Assembly (NCBI RefSeq): GCF_009914755.1
Contig: NC_060926.1
Strand: one strand, 5' to 3'
Length of the DNA: 64,000 nt
Source: the human T2T-CHM13v2.0 reference genome, Homo sapiens
Shown in pieces: positions 1 through 12,816 of this stretch (positions are counted from its first letter, which is position 1; every line of letters begins with the position of its first letter). The translations under genes and the position numbers were made by a program. The notes under the pieces are model-generated. The model made no database searches, was not told the origin of the DNA, and saw only the letters and a program-made list of their open reading frames with translations.

Positions 1-154
1 CCCACCACCGCGCCCAGCTAATTTTTATATTTTTAGTAGAGACAGGGTTTCACCACGTTGGCCAGTTTGGTCTCGAACTCCTGACCTCAAGTGATCTGCC
101 CACCTTGGCCTCAGAAAGTGCTAGGATTACAGGCATGAGCCACCATGCCTGGCC
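1..154 (-). mobile_element. Alu (AluS-like), cut by window start
   Basis: Reverse-complement Alu left arm ...gtgatctgcccaccttggcctc...gagccaccatgcctggcc. Confidence 0.95.
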
Positions 155-529
155 ACCTTACTGTTTAAAAAACACTAGGAGTGAGAAGAAAGAAGGGGAT
201 AAAATGGATGGTAGAGAAGAGATGTCATTTTGTCAGTCCACCCTCAAAGGAGATGAAGCCAAAGCAAGGCCATTAGAAGCTTGGAGCTGTCCCCTGGACT
301 TCTGGGAGTAAGCTGACATGTGATTGATAGGGGAGGCAGGTAGGTCAGTGTGGTATGAAGGGATTTGCTTTGCTACAGCAGGGAGTTCTCCCAGAAGCCA
401 GAACCAACTGACTCAGTGCATCTGGAAAGGAGCCAGAGAACTCCTTGGCAGGCATAGGAGCTTCTTTCTCTGGTTCAGGATTTTACCAGAAGTTTGCCCA
501 CCACCACTCCCTGAACATCACAGCCATGC

Positions 530-645
530 ATGGGAGATACGGAGAGGTTAAGCGGTTTTGTCCAACATTCCACACTTTGTAGATGGAAGAGCTGGGTTTT
601 GAACACATCTTCTTGCCATTAATGACTATGCATTTTCCACTATGC
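530..645 (-). mobile_element. MIR fragment
   Basis: ggagaggttaagcggttttgtccaa...gagctgggttttgaac resembles the antisense MIR core. Confidence 0.55.
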
Positions 646-804
646 CAGTGACATATGTAGAGATTCTCAAGCTATAGCATCAGCACCCTCACCTAAGAAA
701 TAGGTCTCATCACTTAATTAACACACAGAGCATGCAGACAGGGTCTCCATGTAATTTATGGCTTGGGATACATTTTTATGTTTTGAGGTGCTTTTCATTT
801 GATG

Positions 805-1175
805 CATGCATTAGTAATAATGCAAGCTTCTATAACAGCTGAACTCCCAAACCTCAGTGGTGATACAGTAGAAGCTGTTGCTCACTCATATTGAGTCCAA
901 AGTAGGTTTAGGCCTTTTGCCTTCCATGCAGTGATTCAGGGACCCAGCCTTCTTCCACCTTGTAGACAAGGCACACTGGCTTCTTACCTGTTTTAGCCCA
1001 GATGTGACATTCATCACTTTTGCTCATGTTCCATTGATGAAAACTAGTCACATGACCTTACCAGTAGAAAAGAGATAGAATACAGTCCTGGCCTGGCAGC
1101 CATTTTTCAACAAAAACTCTGTATAATAGAAAGGAAAGCACAAGTCTTTGATGGGCAATTAGTTACCTTTGCCAC
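805..1175 (-). mobile_element. Ancient MaLR LTR (MLT1-type) fragment
   Basis: cagtgattcagggacccagc, atcacttttgctcatgttccattg...actagtcacatgacc are typical of old MLT1 LTRs. Confidence 0.5.
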
Positions 1176-2499
1176 AACTAACAACAATATACTTTTGGTT
1201 GTTAGATAATCATTAACTAAGCATGCAATTTTGGCTGCTTCAGTCCCAGAGTTTGATGGCATTGTCAACGTTAATCAAAGCAACTCATGAGAAATGCTTA
1301 AGAAAGTGACACATTTTCAGGCTTGGAGAAATGTTCATTCATCTAACTTGGTATTATTTAGGGCAAAACCTTGTCTTTATGAGCACTGTACTAGCAAAGG
1401 GTAGCTTCCTTCATGCAGGTCTAAGAGAATTATTTCCTTTCTTTGTGTCTCAGCTTTCTTTTCTGCAAAATGAAATTGTTGGAGTAGATAGTCTCTAATA
1501 CCTATGTTCTAGCAATATGCATTTCATTTCTCATGTTATTGAAATCACTGAAACAAACATATCTGTCTTTGGTGTGATTAAAGGTTGTTCTTCAGGAAAG
1601 GCATACACAAACGTGTTCTAAAAACTAGCCAGAGGAAATGGGGAGCTAAATGTTTCCTTTTCTCAATGGGTCTTGGCCATCTTTCCACTTATTTAAATGT
1701 AAAACATGTATTATTTAACCACAACTTCAATGCTAGGAGCAAACACATAAAAGCAGATGGTTAAACAGCATGTATTTTGGAGTTTTAATCCCAAACCACC
1801 TATACATGCAATTTTCAAATAAGAATAAGCCTATGTTTCAACAAATGTGAACTTTAAGAGTTATTATTTGAACTTTAGTCTTAGATCAAATTTTCACATA
1901 ATAAATTTTGTGTCCAACTACTTCATGCCATTGTTGGTTTTTGAAAAAGACAAAGAGTTGCAAAGTGGTGAGGTTTCCCACTGAATCACTGCCCATAATA
2001 GGACTCGATCTTGAACCTTTGGGGCAATGCAGTCAATCACTCATTCTGCCACTGAGAAGGTGGCTTTTCCTCAAAAAAGTCCCCCCAGTTTGCTCCATCA
2101 CTGTTCACAGGGCTTTGGGTTGGTAAATGCAGGGAGGCGTTAATGTTTTAGTGCAGAAGCACCACTGATGCAAGTTAAAACAGGAAAAAGACTTGTAATG
2201 CACAACTGCTGACAAATACATTACTCTCTGGAGTTGATATGTGGGAAGAGGCTTTGTCTCTTCCATGGGACAGATCCCTCACTCAGCTGCAGGCAGAAGG
2301 CAGAATGACAGTGGATGCTTCCTGGGGGACAGTTTTCATGTCTGCTCAACAAACAGCTTCTTTTGTCCACATTATTTATTTTTATTTACTTATTCTTTTT
2401 CTTCTATAGCTCCTTTGTCCCTCGGATTCCTAAAGGAAGAATTTTAACCTTTAAATGCTCTCTAGCTCCTTTATGTCAAGCAGCATCAGGGTGCAAGAA

Positions 2500-2660
2500 A
2501 TTAGCATAGTGCTAGAGTCAAAGTCACCTGGGCTTCATTTTGGGGTCTGCCACCTGACAGCTTTGTGATCTTAGGCTGTGTCTCAGTTATCCCATTTCTA
2601 AGGTGGGTCATTGTAAAGTTTGAATAAGATAGTTCATGCAAAACACTTGGCACATAATAA
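2500..2660 (+). mobile_element. MIR
   Basis: tctgccacctgacagctttgtgatcttagg...ctcagttatcccatttctaa...aaacacttggcacata. Confidence 0.6.
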
Positions 2661-2674
2661 TGACTTCACCCATC

Positions 2675-3066
2675 TGTAATAGGTCATTCTTGCATTGCTA
2701 TAAAGAAATACCTGGGACTGGGTAATTTATAAAGAAAAGAGGTTTACTTGGCTCATGGTTCTGCAAGCTGTACAAGCATGGTGCCAGCATCTGTTTGGTT
2801 TCTGGGGAGGCTTCAGGGAGCTTTTATTCATGGCAGAAAGTGAAGCAGGAGCAGGCACGTCATACAGAGAAAGCAGGAGGTAGGGGGAGGTGCCACACAT
2901 TTACACAATCAATACTCAAGAGAATTCACTCCCTATCAAGAGGATTGTGCCAAGACATGAGGAATCTACCCCCACAATCCAATCACCTCCCATTAGGCCT
3001 ACCTCCAACATTGGGAATTACATTTCAACATAGGATTTGGAGGCGACATATATCTAAACTATATCA
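2675..3066 (-). mobile_element. MST (MSTB-like) MaLR solo LTR
   Basis: TG...CA termini (tgtaataggtcattcttgcattgctataaagaaatacc...aaactatatca); 5-bp TSD ccatc/ctatc. Confidence 0.85.
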
Positions 3067-3127
3067 CTATCCATCCATCCATCCATTCATCCATCCATCC
3101 ACCCATCCACCCATCCACCCATCCATA
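3067..3127. repeat. (CCAT)n microsatellite
   Basis: ccatccatccatccattcatccatccatccacccatcc. Confidence 0.9.
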
Positions 3128-3458
3128 CAACTTATCTACCTATTTATCCTGTCTTCTCTCTATATATATTTGTAAAACGTGTATCGGTTAAAATGTGTAT
3201 AGGTTAATAGGTAGAAAGAGAGAGGAGAGATGGAGAGGGCTGAAAATGGTAGTGGGAGAGGTGCTTCAGTTCTTTTGGGGTAACTTCCACTTAGACATTT
3301 GGTGATGAAATATTTCAGACATACAAAAAAGTGAATCTTCATACATATTTAAATGAATCTGTGAAGTAACCACCAGCTTGATTAGATGATTGCTGCTCCT
3401 CTGCAAGATTATATACTTTTATGTCTGTATCCACCAACAACTGGCAATATAAACTTTA

Positions 3459-3758
3459 TTTTATCATTACCTTTTTGGAGGCAGAGTCTCACTCTCACCC
3501 AGGCTGGAGTTCAGTGGCTCCATCCCAGCTCACTGCAACCTCCGCCTCCTGGGTTCAAGTGATTCTCCTGCCTCAGCCTCCTGAGTAGCTGGGATTACAG
3601 GTGCATGCTACCATGCCTGGCTAATTTTTAGTATTCTTAGTAGAGATGGGGTCTCACCATGTTGCCCAGCCTGGCCTTGAACTCCTGAGCTCAGGCAATC
3701 GACCCACCTAGGCCTCCCAAAGTGTTGGGATTGCAGGTGTGAGCCACCATGCCTGGCC
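3459..3758 (-). mobile_element. Alu (old, J/S)
   Basis: Full dimer; TSD tggcaatataaacttta 3442-3458 / tgacaatataaacttta 3759-3775. Confidence 0.95.
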
Positions 3759-4984
3759 TGACAATATAAACTTTAGGTAAATGATAAAATACCATATACC
3801 TTTTTCTGCTATTTACTTTCAGTGTCTAATATTATATTTTGAGATGTCTGTGTTGACATAGTATGTCTAGTGTAACCACCTTAACTTCTGTGTAATATTC
3901 CATGTTTTCTTTCTTTTTTCTTTTTCCTTGGGGCGTTTCTTTCTTCAACCTTCCTGCCTCGTGCCCTGCTTTACTTGTTCTCCTATCAGATTTCCCTCCC
4001 CACATCCCTCCCAATAAGAAGGTGCATCAGTGAAAGAGGACAAGAAAAGCCACCCCTTGGTTTATGGTTGACCCATGAGAGTGAGCTGTGTTCTGCTTAC
4101 TATGATGGAGACACAGCATTTTTGGTGTGACTTAAAAATCACATCACCCACATGTCAGGCATAAAAACATTTTACTAAATAACAGATGTCCCTGCTCCTG
4201 GATTAGGGGTCTGGAATGTGTGTTCTGCATATTTTATGGCAGGAAAAGGCCCTGTTTAAGGCGCCTTTCCAGAATTCCCCTCTATGCTAGAACAAACCAT
4301 TATCAACATTATCAGGGTACTTTTGTTCTCCTGTCTGCCTCTCTCCTCTTTAAGGAAATGATGTAGATAAAAGTCCCTCACCTGTCCTGTCCTTTACCCT
4401 CTTTGAAAAATATTACATTTGATACATATTAAAATATATAATGTATGTATATGTATGTTACAAATCAAAATAGCATAATTGACATTCATGAAGCCATCTG
4501 TTCACCTGAGAACTAGAACATCCCAACCCCAGGGCTTCACTGTTTGACTTCCTGGAGGTGAAGACATCATTTAAGGCATTTCTTGGCTCTAGTTTTGTGC
4601 ATCTGTTCTGTGGTGGAAGGTGCGATGTATCAGGGAGCAGGTGAAGGATGAGCCATTCTGTTTTTGCCTGACATATAGCTGCAGGAGGCTAGGTGTGAGC
4701 CTGGTTAGTGACACTGGAAATTTAGATCTGTGAAGATACCTGTAGGTAACTGCTTAATTCATTTCCTCTCTTTGGGCCTCCGTTTTCTTACCTGTACATG
4801 GAAAGGGCTAGATTAAATAATCTCTGAGTTCACTTTTGTCTGTTGAGTAAAACATGCTTCTTTATGTTGCATCTCTGTATCTTCATTGTAAGCACCACTA
4901 AGGTAGCACCAGTCTGTGGAAAATGACACTCAACTGCATCATCTGACTGCTCTGTCCAGTTACAGAATGTCCTTCCTTGGGTGC

Positions 4985-5349
4985 TGATACGGTTTGGCTC
5001 TGTGTCGCCACTCAAATCTCAAATTGTAGTTAACATCATTTCCACATGTCGTAGGAGGGACCCTGTGAGAAGTAATTGCATCATGAGGGTGGGTCTTTCG
5101 CGTGCTGTTCTCATGATAGTGAATAAATCTCATGAGATCTGATGGTTTTATAAAGGGGAGTTTCCCTGCACATGCTCTCTCTCTTGCCTGCTGCCATGTA
5201 GGATGTGACTTTGCTTCTCCTTTGCCTTCCACCATGATTATGAGGCCTCCCCAGTCATATGGAGCTGTGAGTCAATTAAAGCTCTTTCCTTTATGAATTA
5301 CCCAGTCTCAGGTATGTCTTTATTGGCAGCGTAAGAACAGACTAATACA
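4985..5349 (+). mobile_element. THE1 (B/C-like) solo LTR
   Basis: tgatacggtttggctctgtgtc...cccagtctcaggtatgtctttatt...actaataca; TSD ggtgc/ggttc. Confidence 0.9.
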
Positions 5350-6529
5350 GGTTCCATTCACAGGGGTGAAAGAATTCCACTGCTTTCCCTGAGTATTCCA
5401 GGGGTTTGTATCTTTCTTCCCTGAAAGTGACTCATGGGATCAGGGAGCTGAATCCTATCCAAACCTCAAACCAATCCTAGTCATTTGTTGTCTTTGAACT
5501 CAGTTTTTCCTTTTTTTTTTTTTTAAATTTCCTTTTCCCTAGTGTCTAGTTACTGAGTCAAGATAATGGTCTCTTTTAGGGTATGAATATTTTTAAGAAG
5601 AGGAAAAAAGTGATTTGGAGGTGGGTGAAGCAGAGGATGGATCCTCACTTCAACTATTTGTGGGCTGATCAGGTTGAGGACAAAGGAAAATATTCTAAGA
5701 TAGCCACATAGGGGAGAGCAATGACTCATCAAAAGAGGTTCCAGGGATGCAGCTTTGGCTGATACAATAACTTTCTTACAATCCTAGCCATCTTGTGAGG
5801 AAGCTTTTTGTCCAAGAAGGCGTTTGAATGTTGAGTAATTGATTAGATCAATAAATATATAGTTTAAATATAATCAGGCCCTGGCTAGGTTCCATGAGGG
5901 AGGCAAACATGAATAAGACATTGTCCCCACAGAGAGGGGCTTATAACCTGATAGACACATACCATATTCTACTTTTCAAAATAATTATATGCTCATCTTC
6001 AGAGCCAAAAATCAACCACTGGCAAAGCACTTCAAAGAGCAGAGGAGGACGACAGGCCAAGGAAAGAGGAGCCATGATTGTGAGGGGTGACACAAGGTCC
6101 TCCTGGCCCTTGAATTAGGTCTTGCAGGTAGAAAAAAGGTGGAGGTGTGGCAGGGGCTGGGGGCAGAGACAGTGTTCCTGGGTGAACAGTTTGGGGACCA
6201 GGAAAATTGCAGCTCAGAGGAACATCATCATTTAAGAGCTTTCTGGGCCATGTGGGGTGAGTTACCACAGCATGCTGCTGGGCCCTTGTACCCAAGGAAA
6301 CACACCACTGGGATATCTCAGCATCCTTCCAGCTTCTCTGTTCAATCAGGCTGTGAACCTCAGTGTTTCCTTTGACATTCTTCCTTTCTTTTTCTGCTAC
6401 TTTCAGGGTGCCCCAGTGCGGCCTCAAGGTGAGTTCATGGACATTTTCTTTGAACCCTAAGCCAAACCACCCAGCTCCAGGATACACTGAGGAATGGGGT
6501 AGTTTGTAGAGTCATCTGGAGAACACATT

Positions 6530-7898
6530 CTTTTTTGAAAAATATAATTTCAACTTTTACTTTGGATTCAGAAGGTACATGTGTAGGTTTGTTACCTGAG
6601 TATATTGCATGATGCTGAGGTTTGGAATACAAATGATCCTGTCACCCAGGTAGAGAGCGTAGTACCCAATAGTTTGTTTTAAACCCTTGCCTCCCTCCCT
6701 CTCTCTTCTTGTAGTCCCCAGTGTCTTTCATTGCCATCTTTACGTTCACTAGGACTCAGTGTTTAGCTCCCACTTATAAGTGAGAATATGTGGCATTTGA
6801 TTTTCTGTTCCTGCATTAATTCACTTAGGAAAACGGCCTCCAGTTGTAACCATGTTGCTGCAAAGGACATGATTTTATTCTTTTTTGTGTCTACATAGTA
6901 TTTAATGGTGTAGATGTGCCACATTTTCTTTATCCAATCCACCATCGATAGGCATCTGGGTTGACTCCATGTCTTTGCCATTGTGAACAGTGCTGCGATG
7001 AACATATGAGTGCATGTGTGTTCTTGGTAGAATGATTTATTTTCCTTTGGATATATATCCAGTAATGGTATTGCTGGGTTGAATGGTAGTTCTAAGTTCT
7101 TTGAGAAATCACCAAACTGCTTTCTGCAGTGGCTGAACTATTTTACATTCCTACCAGCCGTGCATAAGTGTTTCCTTTTCTCCATAGCCATGTCTGCATC
7201 TGTTGTTTTTTGACTTTTTAATGCTAGCCATTCTGACTGGTGTGAGATGGTATCTCATTATGGTTTTGGTTTGCATTTTTCTGATGATTAGTGATGTTGA
7301 GCAGTTTTTCATGTTTGTTGACTGCATATATTCTTTTGAGAAGTACCTGTTATATCTTTTGCCCACTTTTTAATGTTTTTCTTTTTTCTTTGCTTGTTGA
7401 ATTGTTTGTTCCTTACAGATTCTGGATATTAGACCTTTGTCAGATGCATAGTTTGTGAATATTTTCTCATATTCTGTGGTTGTCTGTTTACTCTGTTGAT
7501 AGTTTCTTTTGGTATGCAGAAGCTCTTTAGTTTAGTTAGGTCCCACTTGTCAATTTTTGTTTTTGCTGCAATTGCATTTGAGGACTTAGTCATAAATTCT
7601 TTCCCAAGGCTAATGTCCAGAATGGTGTTTCCTAGATTTTCTTCTAGGACCCTTACAGTTTGTGGTTTTACATATAAGTTTTTAATCTAATTTGAGTTAA
7701 TTTTTGTATAGAGTGAAAGGCAGGGGTCCAGTTTCATTCTTCTACATATAGCTAGCCAGCTATCCCAGCACAGTTTGTTGAATAGAAGGTCCTTTCCATA
7801 TTGCTCATTTTTGTCAACTTTATCAAAGATCAGATGGCTGTAGGTGTGTGGCCTTATTTCTGGGTTCTCAATTCTGTTCCATTGGTCTATGTGTCTGT
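6530..7898 (-). mobile_element. L1 (old L1PA/L1PB) 3' ~1.4 kb, 5'-truncated
   Basis: Minus-strand ORFs translate to L1 ORF2 C-terminal peptides ([38 protein letters not shown]), followed by L1 3' UTR and tail. Confidence 0.95.
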
Positions 7899-9717
7899 GA
7901 ACAAGTTCTTGAGGTGCAAGTGGCAATTACCCTTCCCACTAGATGATCTGTGAGGTGCCAGCAAGTCTGGAAGCATAGGCTGAGCCATGGTCCACTTCAA
8001 GCAAAGGGCAGCCTGCCCCTGAGCCATGATGGTGGTGCCCTCCAGCAACTTGAGTTGGCACTCACATTGCATGCCACTCTTCCCTGCTTGTCACAGAAGG
8101 CTTTTTCTCTACCCAGAAACTTTTCTGAGACTTTGGCAATGGTCCCAGTGTGGGACAGGAGACCTGGAACCCAGGCATCCAGACCCTAGTTCCCTAGGGC
8201 ACCCTCCTGAGTTTACCTTTTCTCCCTAAGCCCGAACACTGCAGGATGCATTAGTGCTCTCATCTTTGGAGATGGCTACTTTCCATGCCCTAGAGAGGAC
8301 GCTGTCATACTACACACACAGACACTTAAGGGGGCAGAGTGGAGTGGGTGGCGGTTAGGAAGTGACCCTTAGTGCCCTAAAGATGATTTCAGAGAAAGAG
8401 AGAAAGAAAGAGCAGTCTGATCTGTCTGTGGATTCCCACAGCATTATTAGCCCCCATCTCCTCCTCTCTGTTCCCACTGATTCCACTCCAGTTTTCTTCC
8501 CAGGAGCAGAGCATTAGCCTTCTAGCCTTTTCTCTCTTCCATTCCTTGCTGGTCTGGGCCACACTCCCCTAAGACTGAATATCAGCAATATCCCTGGCTT
8601 TGTCAGCTCCAGAATGACCCCTGGCTATTCCCAAGAGTTTTCCTACCTGTCCATGGCCCAAGGGCATTTTGACCAAAATGAATGAGGAGCTCGGAATGTT
8701 GGAGTGTGGTGACCCCACCAATCTTGCCTCTGTTGGGAAGGGTGTCTGGCCTCCACCACCAACGTGACTCTGGGGTAGAAACCACCCTCCAGCTTCTCCT
8801 CCAAATATTGTCCCATTAGTTGACCTAGGTCTCACATGTGAACATGGGGTGCTCTGTTTCCAAGTTCTGCAGAGTATCCCCTTGCCCACATTTGTATTGT
8901 GTCCACATTATTTGGTCCAGGATAAAGGCCTTACATGCTGTGGGTCGCACTCTCCTAGTACTCACTGACATGTACCTAGCTCATCTCTGAACATACCCTG
9001 TATCCTCTTCTTCCCTGAGGCTGTTCCAGCCTCCTGGATTGCACACGTATCACCTCCCCACATGCTCATTTCAACTCCTAGCAATACCTAGCACCGTATC
9101 AGTCAGTGCTGTCTGATCCATCTAGGCTGAAGGACTGTTTCCTTCAGAACCTCCTGGACTTGTGGTTTCTACCTCATTGATGGTCCTTGGAGTTAATGGC
9201 CCTCTACTGGCTTGAGCCCTTTTCTCATTTCCATACTTGGTTTTTACATTCTTGAGGCTGGAGACTGCTTCTTATCTTTGGACTCCCTTCTATCAATGAA
9301 GAATCCTTTTAGGGGTGCAGTGTCCTTTGCCCAGAGAGAATGTTCAATATTTGTTTGTTAAATGGAACTGTGTAGGGCAAAGGGAGGGAGGGGCAGAGGT
9401 TGGGAGTTGCCTGCAAGGGTTTTGCACTCCCTGCTGGGGCTCTTCATTGAGGCAAGGCAAGTTTGGAGTGGTGGGCCATGTCACTTGGATGCCCCAGACT
9501 CTAGAAAGCAGGCAACATAAATACGAATTACAAGTATAATATAAATTGGAACTGATGAGGGAGTCTTTTTCCTCCCAGGGGAAAGTGAGGTGAAAATCAA
9601 TACGGAGAAAAACATATTTTCCCCTCACTGATTGGTACTCTTTGGAGCCCTTTCTTCATTTGCACTTTTCCCTTTATTGGCTCTCCCTAGGATTTCCTTT
9701 GTACCATATGCACATAT

Positions 9718-10448
9718 TGTAGCCACCCAGTGGGTTCACCTTGCCCACTGCCTAAACAGAGCCAATTTATCAAGACAGGGGAATTGCAATGAAGAAAGAG
9801 TAATTCATGCAGAGTTGGCTGTGCGGGAGACCAGAGTTTTATTATTACTCAAATCAGTCTTCCTGATTATTCAGGGATTAGGGTTTTTAAAGATAATTTG
9901 GAGGGTAGGGGCTTGGGAAGTGGGGAGTGCTGATTGGTCAGCTTGGAGATGGAATCATAGGGGGTCGAAGTGAGTTTTTCTTGCTGCCTTCTGTTCCTGG
10001 GTGGGATGGCAGAACTGGTTGAGCCAGATTTCAGGTCTGGGTGGTGTCAGCTGATCCATCCAGTGCAGGGTCTGCACAATATCCCAAGCACTGATCTTAG
10101 GTTTTACAATAGTGATGTAGAATCCCTAGGAGCAATCTGGGGAGGTTCAGACTCTTGAGACCAGAGACTGCCCAACCCCTAAACTGTAATTTCTAATCTT
10201 GTAGCTAATTTGTTAGTCCTGCAAAGGCAGACTGGTCCCCAGGAAGAAGGGGATCTTTTAAGAATAAGGCTGTTATCAGTTTTGTTGCAGAGCAAAATCA
10301 CGAACTGAATTCCTTCCCAAAGTTAGTTTGGCCTATGCCCAGGAATGAACAGGACAGCCTAAAGGTTAGAAGCAAGATGGAGTCAGTTAGGTCTGATTTC
10401 TTTCACTGTCATAATTTCCTCAATTATAATTTTGCAAAGGTTGTTTCA
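9718..10448 (-). mobile_element. LTR8-family (ERV1) solo LTR
   Basis: Reverse complement begins TGAAACAACCTTTGCAAAATTAT...GACTCCATCTTGCTTCTAACC, matching the LTR8 5' end; other end tgtagccacccagtgggttcaccttgccc. Confidence 0.8.
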
Positions 10449-10769
10449 ACACAGCCTTTTGCTCTTCCTTCTCTGCTGAGTATAGAGAAAAAAGGGAGGT
10501 GTGATGGGAGTCTCTGGCTCTTGGAATCACAATTTGTTATTTTTGCGTTTAGGCCCTGACTTCCTTTATGGCTGGCCAGTGGCATATGTGGGCATAAACT
10601 TGGAGTCACCTTGCATCTTGCTTTATAGCAGCACAGTCAGGACTTCCAGCTATGTGATCCCTGGCAAGTTTCTTAGCCTCTTTCTGCCCCCCTTTATTGT
10701 TTTGTCAAATGGCTAGGATAATAACCCCTCCCCCAGCCATGTTTACGGAAATGAAATGATAACAATAAT

Positions 10770-11030
10770 AGCAGCAGTAATCAGAATTTATTGAGTAGTT
10801 ACTATAAGCCAGGCCTTGTACTACGGTTTTACATGTATTAAGTATTTTAATCCTCGTGGCAATCTTACGCAGTATATATAGGAGTATTACCATCTCTACT
10901 TCATAGAGAAGGAGACTGGGGCACAGAGATGATGAGAAACTTGATTATGGTGACACAGCCAGTAACCGGTAGAACTAGGATTTGAACCCAGGCAGTCTAG
11001 CTGCCAGAGTTCAAGCTCTGACCACCATGC
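10770..11030 (-). mobile_element. MIR, near full length (a + strand MIR fragment lies at ~10630-10730)
   Basis: atttattgagtagttactat...gactggggcacagag...ggatttgaacccaggcagtct. Confidence 0.75.
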
Positions 11031-11311
11031 AATGGTCTATAGCAAATGCCAGGTGGAAATGATGTCAAAGAACATGGCAGAGCAAGGACTTCTGAAAATT
11101 ATCTCCTTCATAAAAGCAACAAGAAAACAGACATAAAATATCAGAACCAACAATTTTTGGAACTTTAAATTAAAGGTTTGTAGAAACTTGGGGGTGTTTA
11201 TTTTTAAAAAAAGGCTAAATCTCAGAACAATAAGCTTTATGGTGTTTTACGCTGCTCTGTTCCCATCTCTGCCTCCAGCTCTGCAGTAGCTTTGAAAATT
11301 CACAGCCTGAA

Positions 11312-11572
11312 CCTAAATGCAACTTGCTCATGAAGTCCTTGCTAATCCATCCCCTGGACATGCAGTTCTTTAGAGGGTGGCTTATGACCTGACTTTAATA
11401 TTTATTTTAATTTCCTTTGTATTACAGCTAGCCAATTATTTAGCTATATCCTCATCTCAGTTGAAGGACTTTGAGGCTAGGGACTATTTCTTATTCTTCC
11501 TTCATAGTATATACCAAAGTGCTTTGTATCTAGAAAATGCTCAATAAATATCTTTTCATCAATTAAAAAAAA
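11312..11572 (+). mobile_element. Orphan L1-mediated retro-insert (3' transduction or processed 3'UTR fragment) with L2-like content
   Basis: Perfect 18-bp TSD gaaaattcacagcctgaa (11294-11311, 11573-11590); AATAAA 11543-11548; A8 tail 11565-11572. Confidence 0.75.
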
Positions 11573-12126
11573 GAAAATTCACAGCCTGAAAATGAGATTA
11601 CACTGAAATCTAGCAGTCTGGCAGCCACCCGTGGGAGAGGAGAGTGGGCCTGGAATTCCTTCAAAGCCTCATTCCCACAGAATTGTCACTATTTTACCTT
11701 TATGGTAGTTTCCTGGAGGATGCTGCTTACAAGGCTGTCTTTGTTTGCTTGACTTGAGCTTGTCCAGTGAGAAAAGCATTTTACCCAGGGACCCCTGTTG
11801 AAAACAATTAGGGGTAATTGATAAACTCTGTGAGGCAATGGATAGCTGCTGGGACAAACAATAAACTTACAAGGAAAACAAAAACCAAAGCTTAAAAAAG
11901 AATAAAACTGAGGAATGAGATGTTCACTGGGACTTTGAAGAGCTTTGACATATTCCAGGGAATCCAGAAAGGCACACACATTAGAAAGGTGTGTGCATAC
12001 TCAGGAAAGACCTCAATAGGACCTATTCTCTCACCCCTGGCTGACCTTAAGGCTCTGTGCAAGGGGGAAGTGAAGGCTAACATAGAGTTGTAAACTAGCT
12101 ATCGGAGTGTTGAAAGTATGGCTGAA

Positions 12127-12470
12127 TAAAAAATGATGAGTTCATGTCCTTTGTAGGGACATGGATGAAATTGGAAACCATCATTCTCAGTAAACTATCG
12201 CAAGAACAAAAAACCAAACACCGCATATTCTCACTCATAGGTGGGAATTGAACAATGAGATCACATGGACACAGGAAGGGGAATATCACACTCTGGGGAC
12301 TGTGGTGGGGTCGGGGGAGGGGGGAGGGATAGCATTGGGAGATATACCTAATGCTAGATGACACGTTAGTGGGTGCAGCGCACCAGCATGGCACATGTAT
12401 ACATATGTAACTAACCTGCACAATGTGCACATGTACCCTAAAACTTAGAGTATAATAAAAAAAAATAAAA

Positions 12471-12502
<32 letters not shown>
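12127..12502 (+). mobile_element. L1HS pre-Ta, 5'-truncated (~330 bp + poly(A))
   Basis: L1HS 3' end with ACG at 12363-12365 and G at 12448 (85 nt apart, as for L1 positions 5930/6015); ~47-nt A tail; perfect 15-bp TSD gaaagtatggctgaa 12112-12126 / 12503-12517. Confidence 0.93.
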
Positions 12503-12504
<2 letters not shown>

Positions 12505-12765
12505 AAGTATGGCTGAACATGTAAATTGAGCTCCATGGTAAAGACTAGGAGATTTATTGGTTCCAGAAGTTTAAGAGAAATAAATTTCTGTCTAGTCATC
12601 ATCTGGTCGTTAAACTGAGTAGAGACTTCAGTGGCCACACATGAGAAAGAATGTAGACAATACAGAATTAGTTCAGAAAAGTAATTAAACAAATAAACAA
12701 CATTTAGCAAGAAAAGGAAAGAAAATCATCTAGATTGAAAAGTAAAAGTAAAACTGTTTCTACTA

Positions 12766-12816
12766 GATCTTATATAGATGACATGATCTTATATAGAGGG
12801 CATGATCTTATATAGA
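12766..12816. repeat. 19-bp-period tandem triplication (gatcttatataga x3)
   Basis: Copies at 12766-12778, 12785-12797, 12804-12816. Confidence 0.85.

Noticed and set aside
6763-7926. ORFs with L1 ORF2-like peptides (also 53018-54225)
   Set aside because: Fragments of dead, truncated L1s; not genes.
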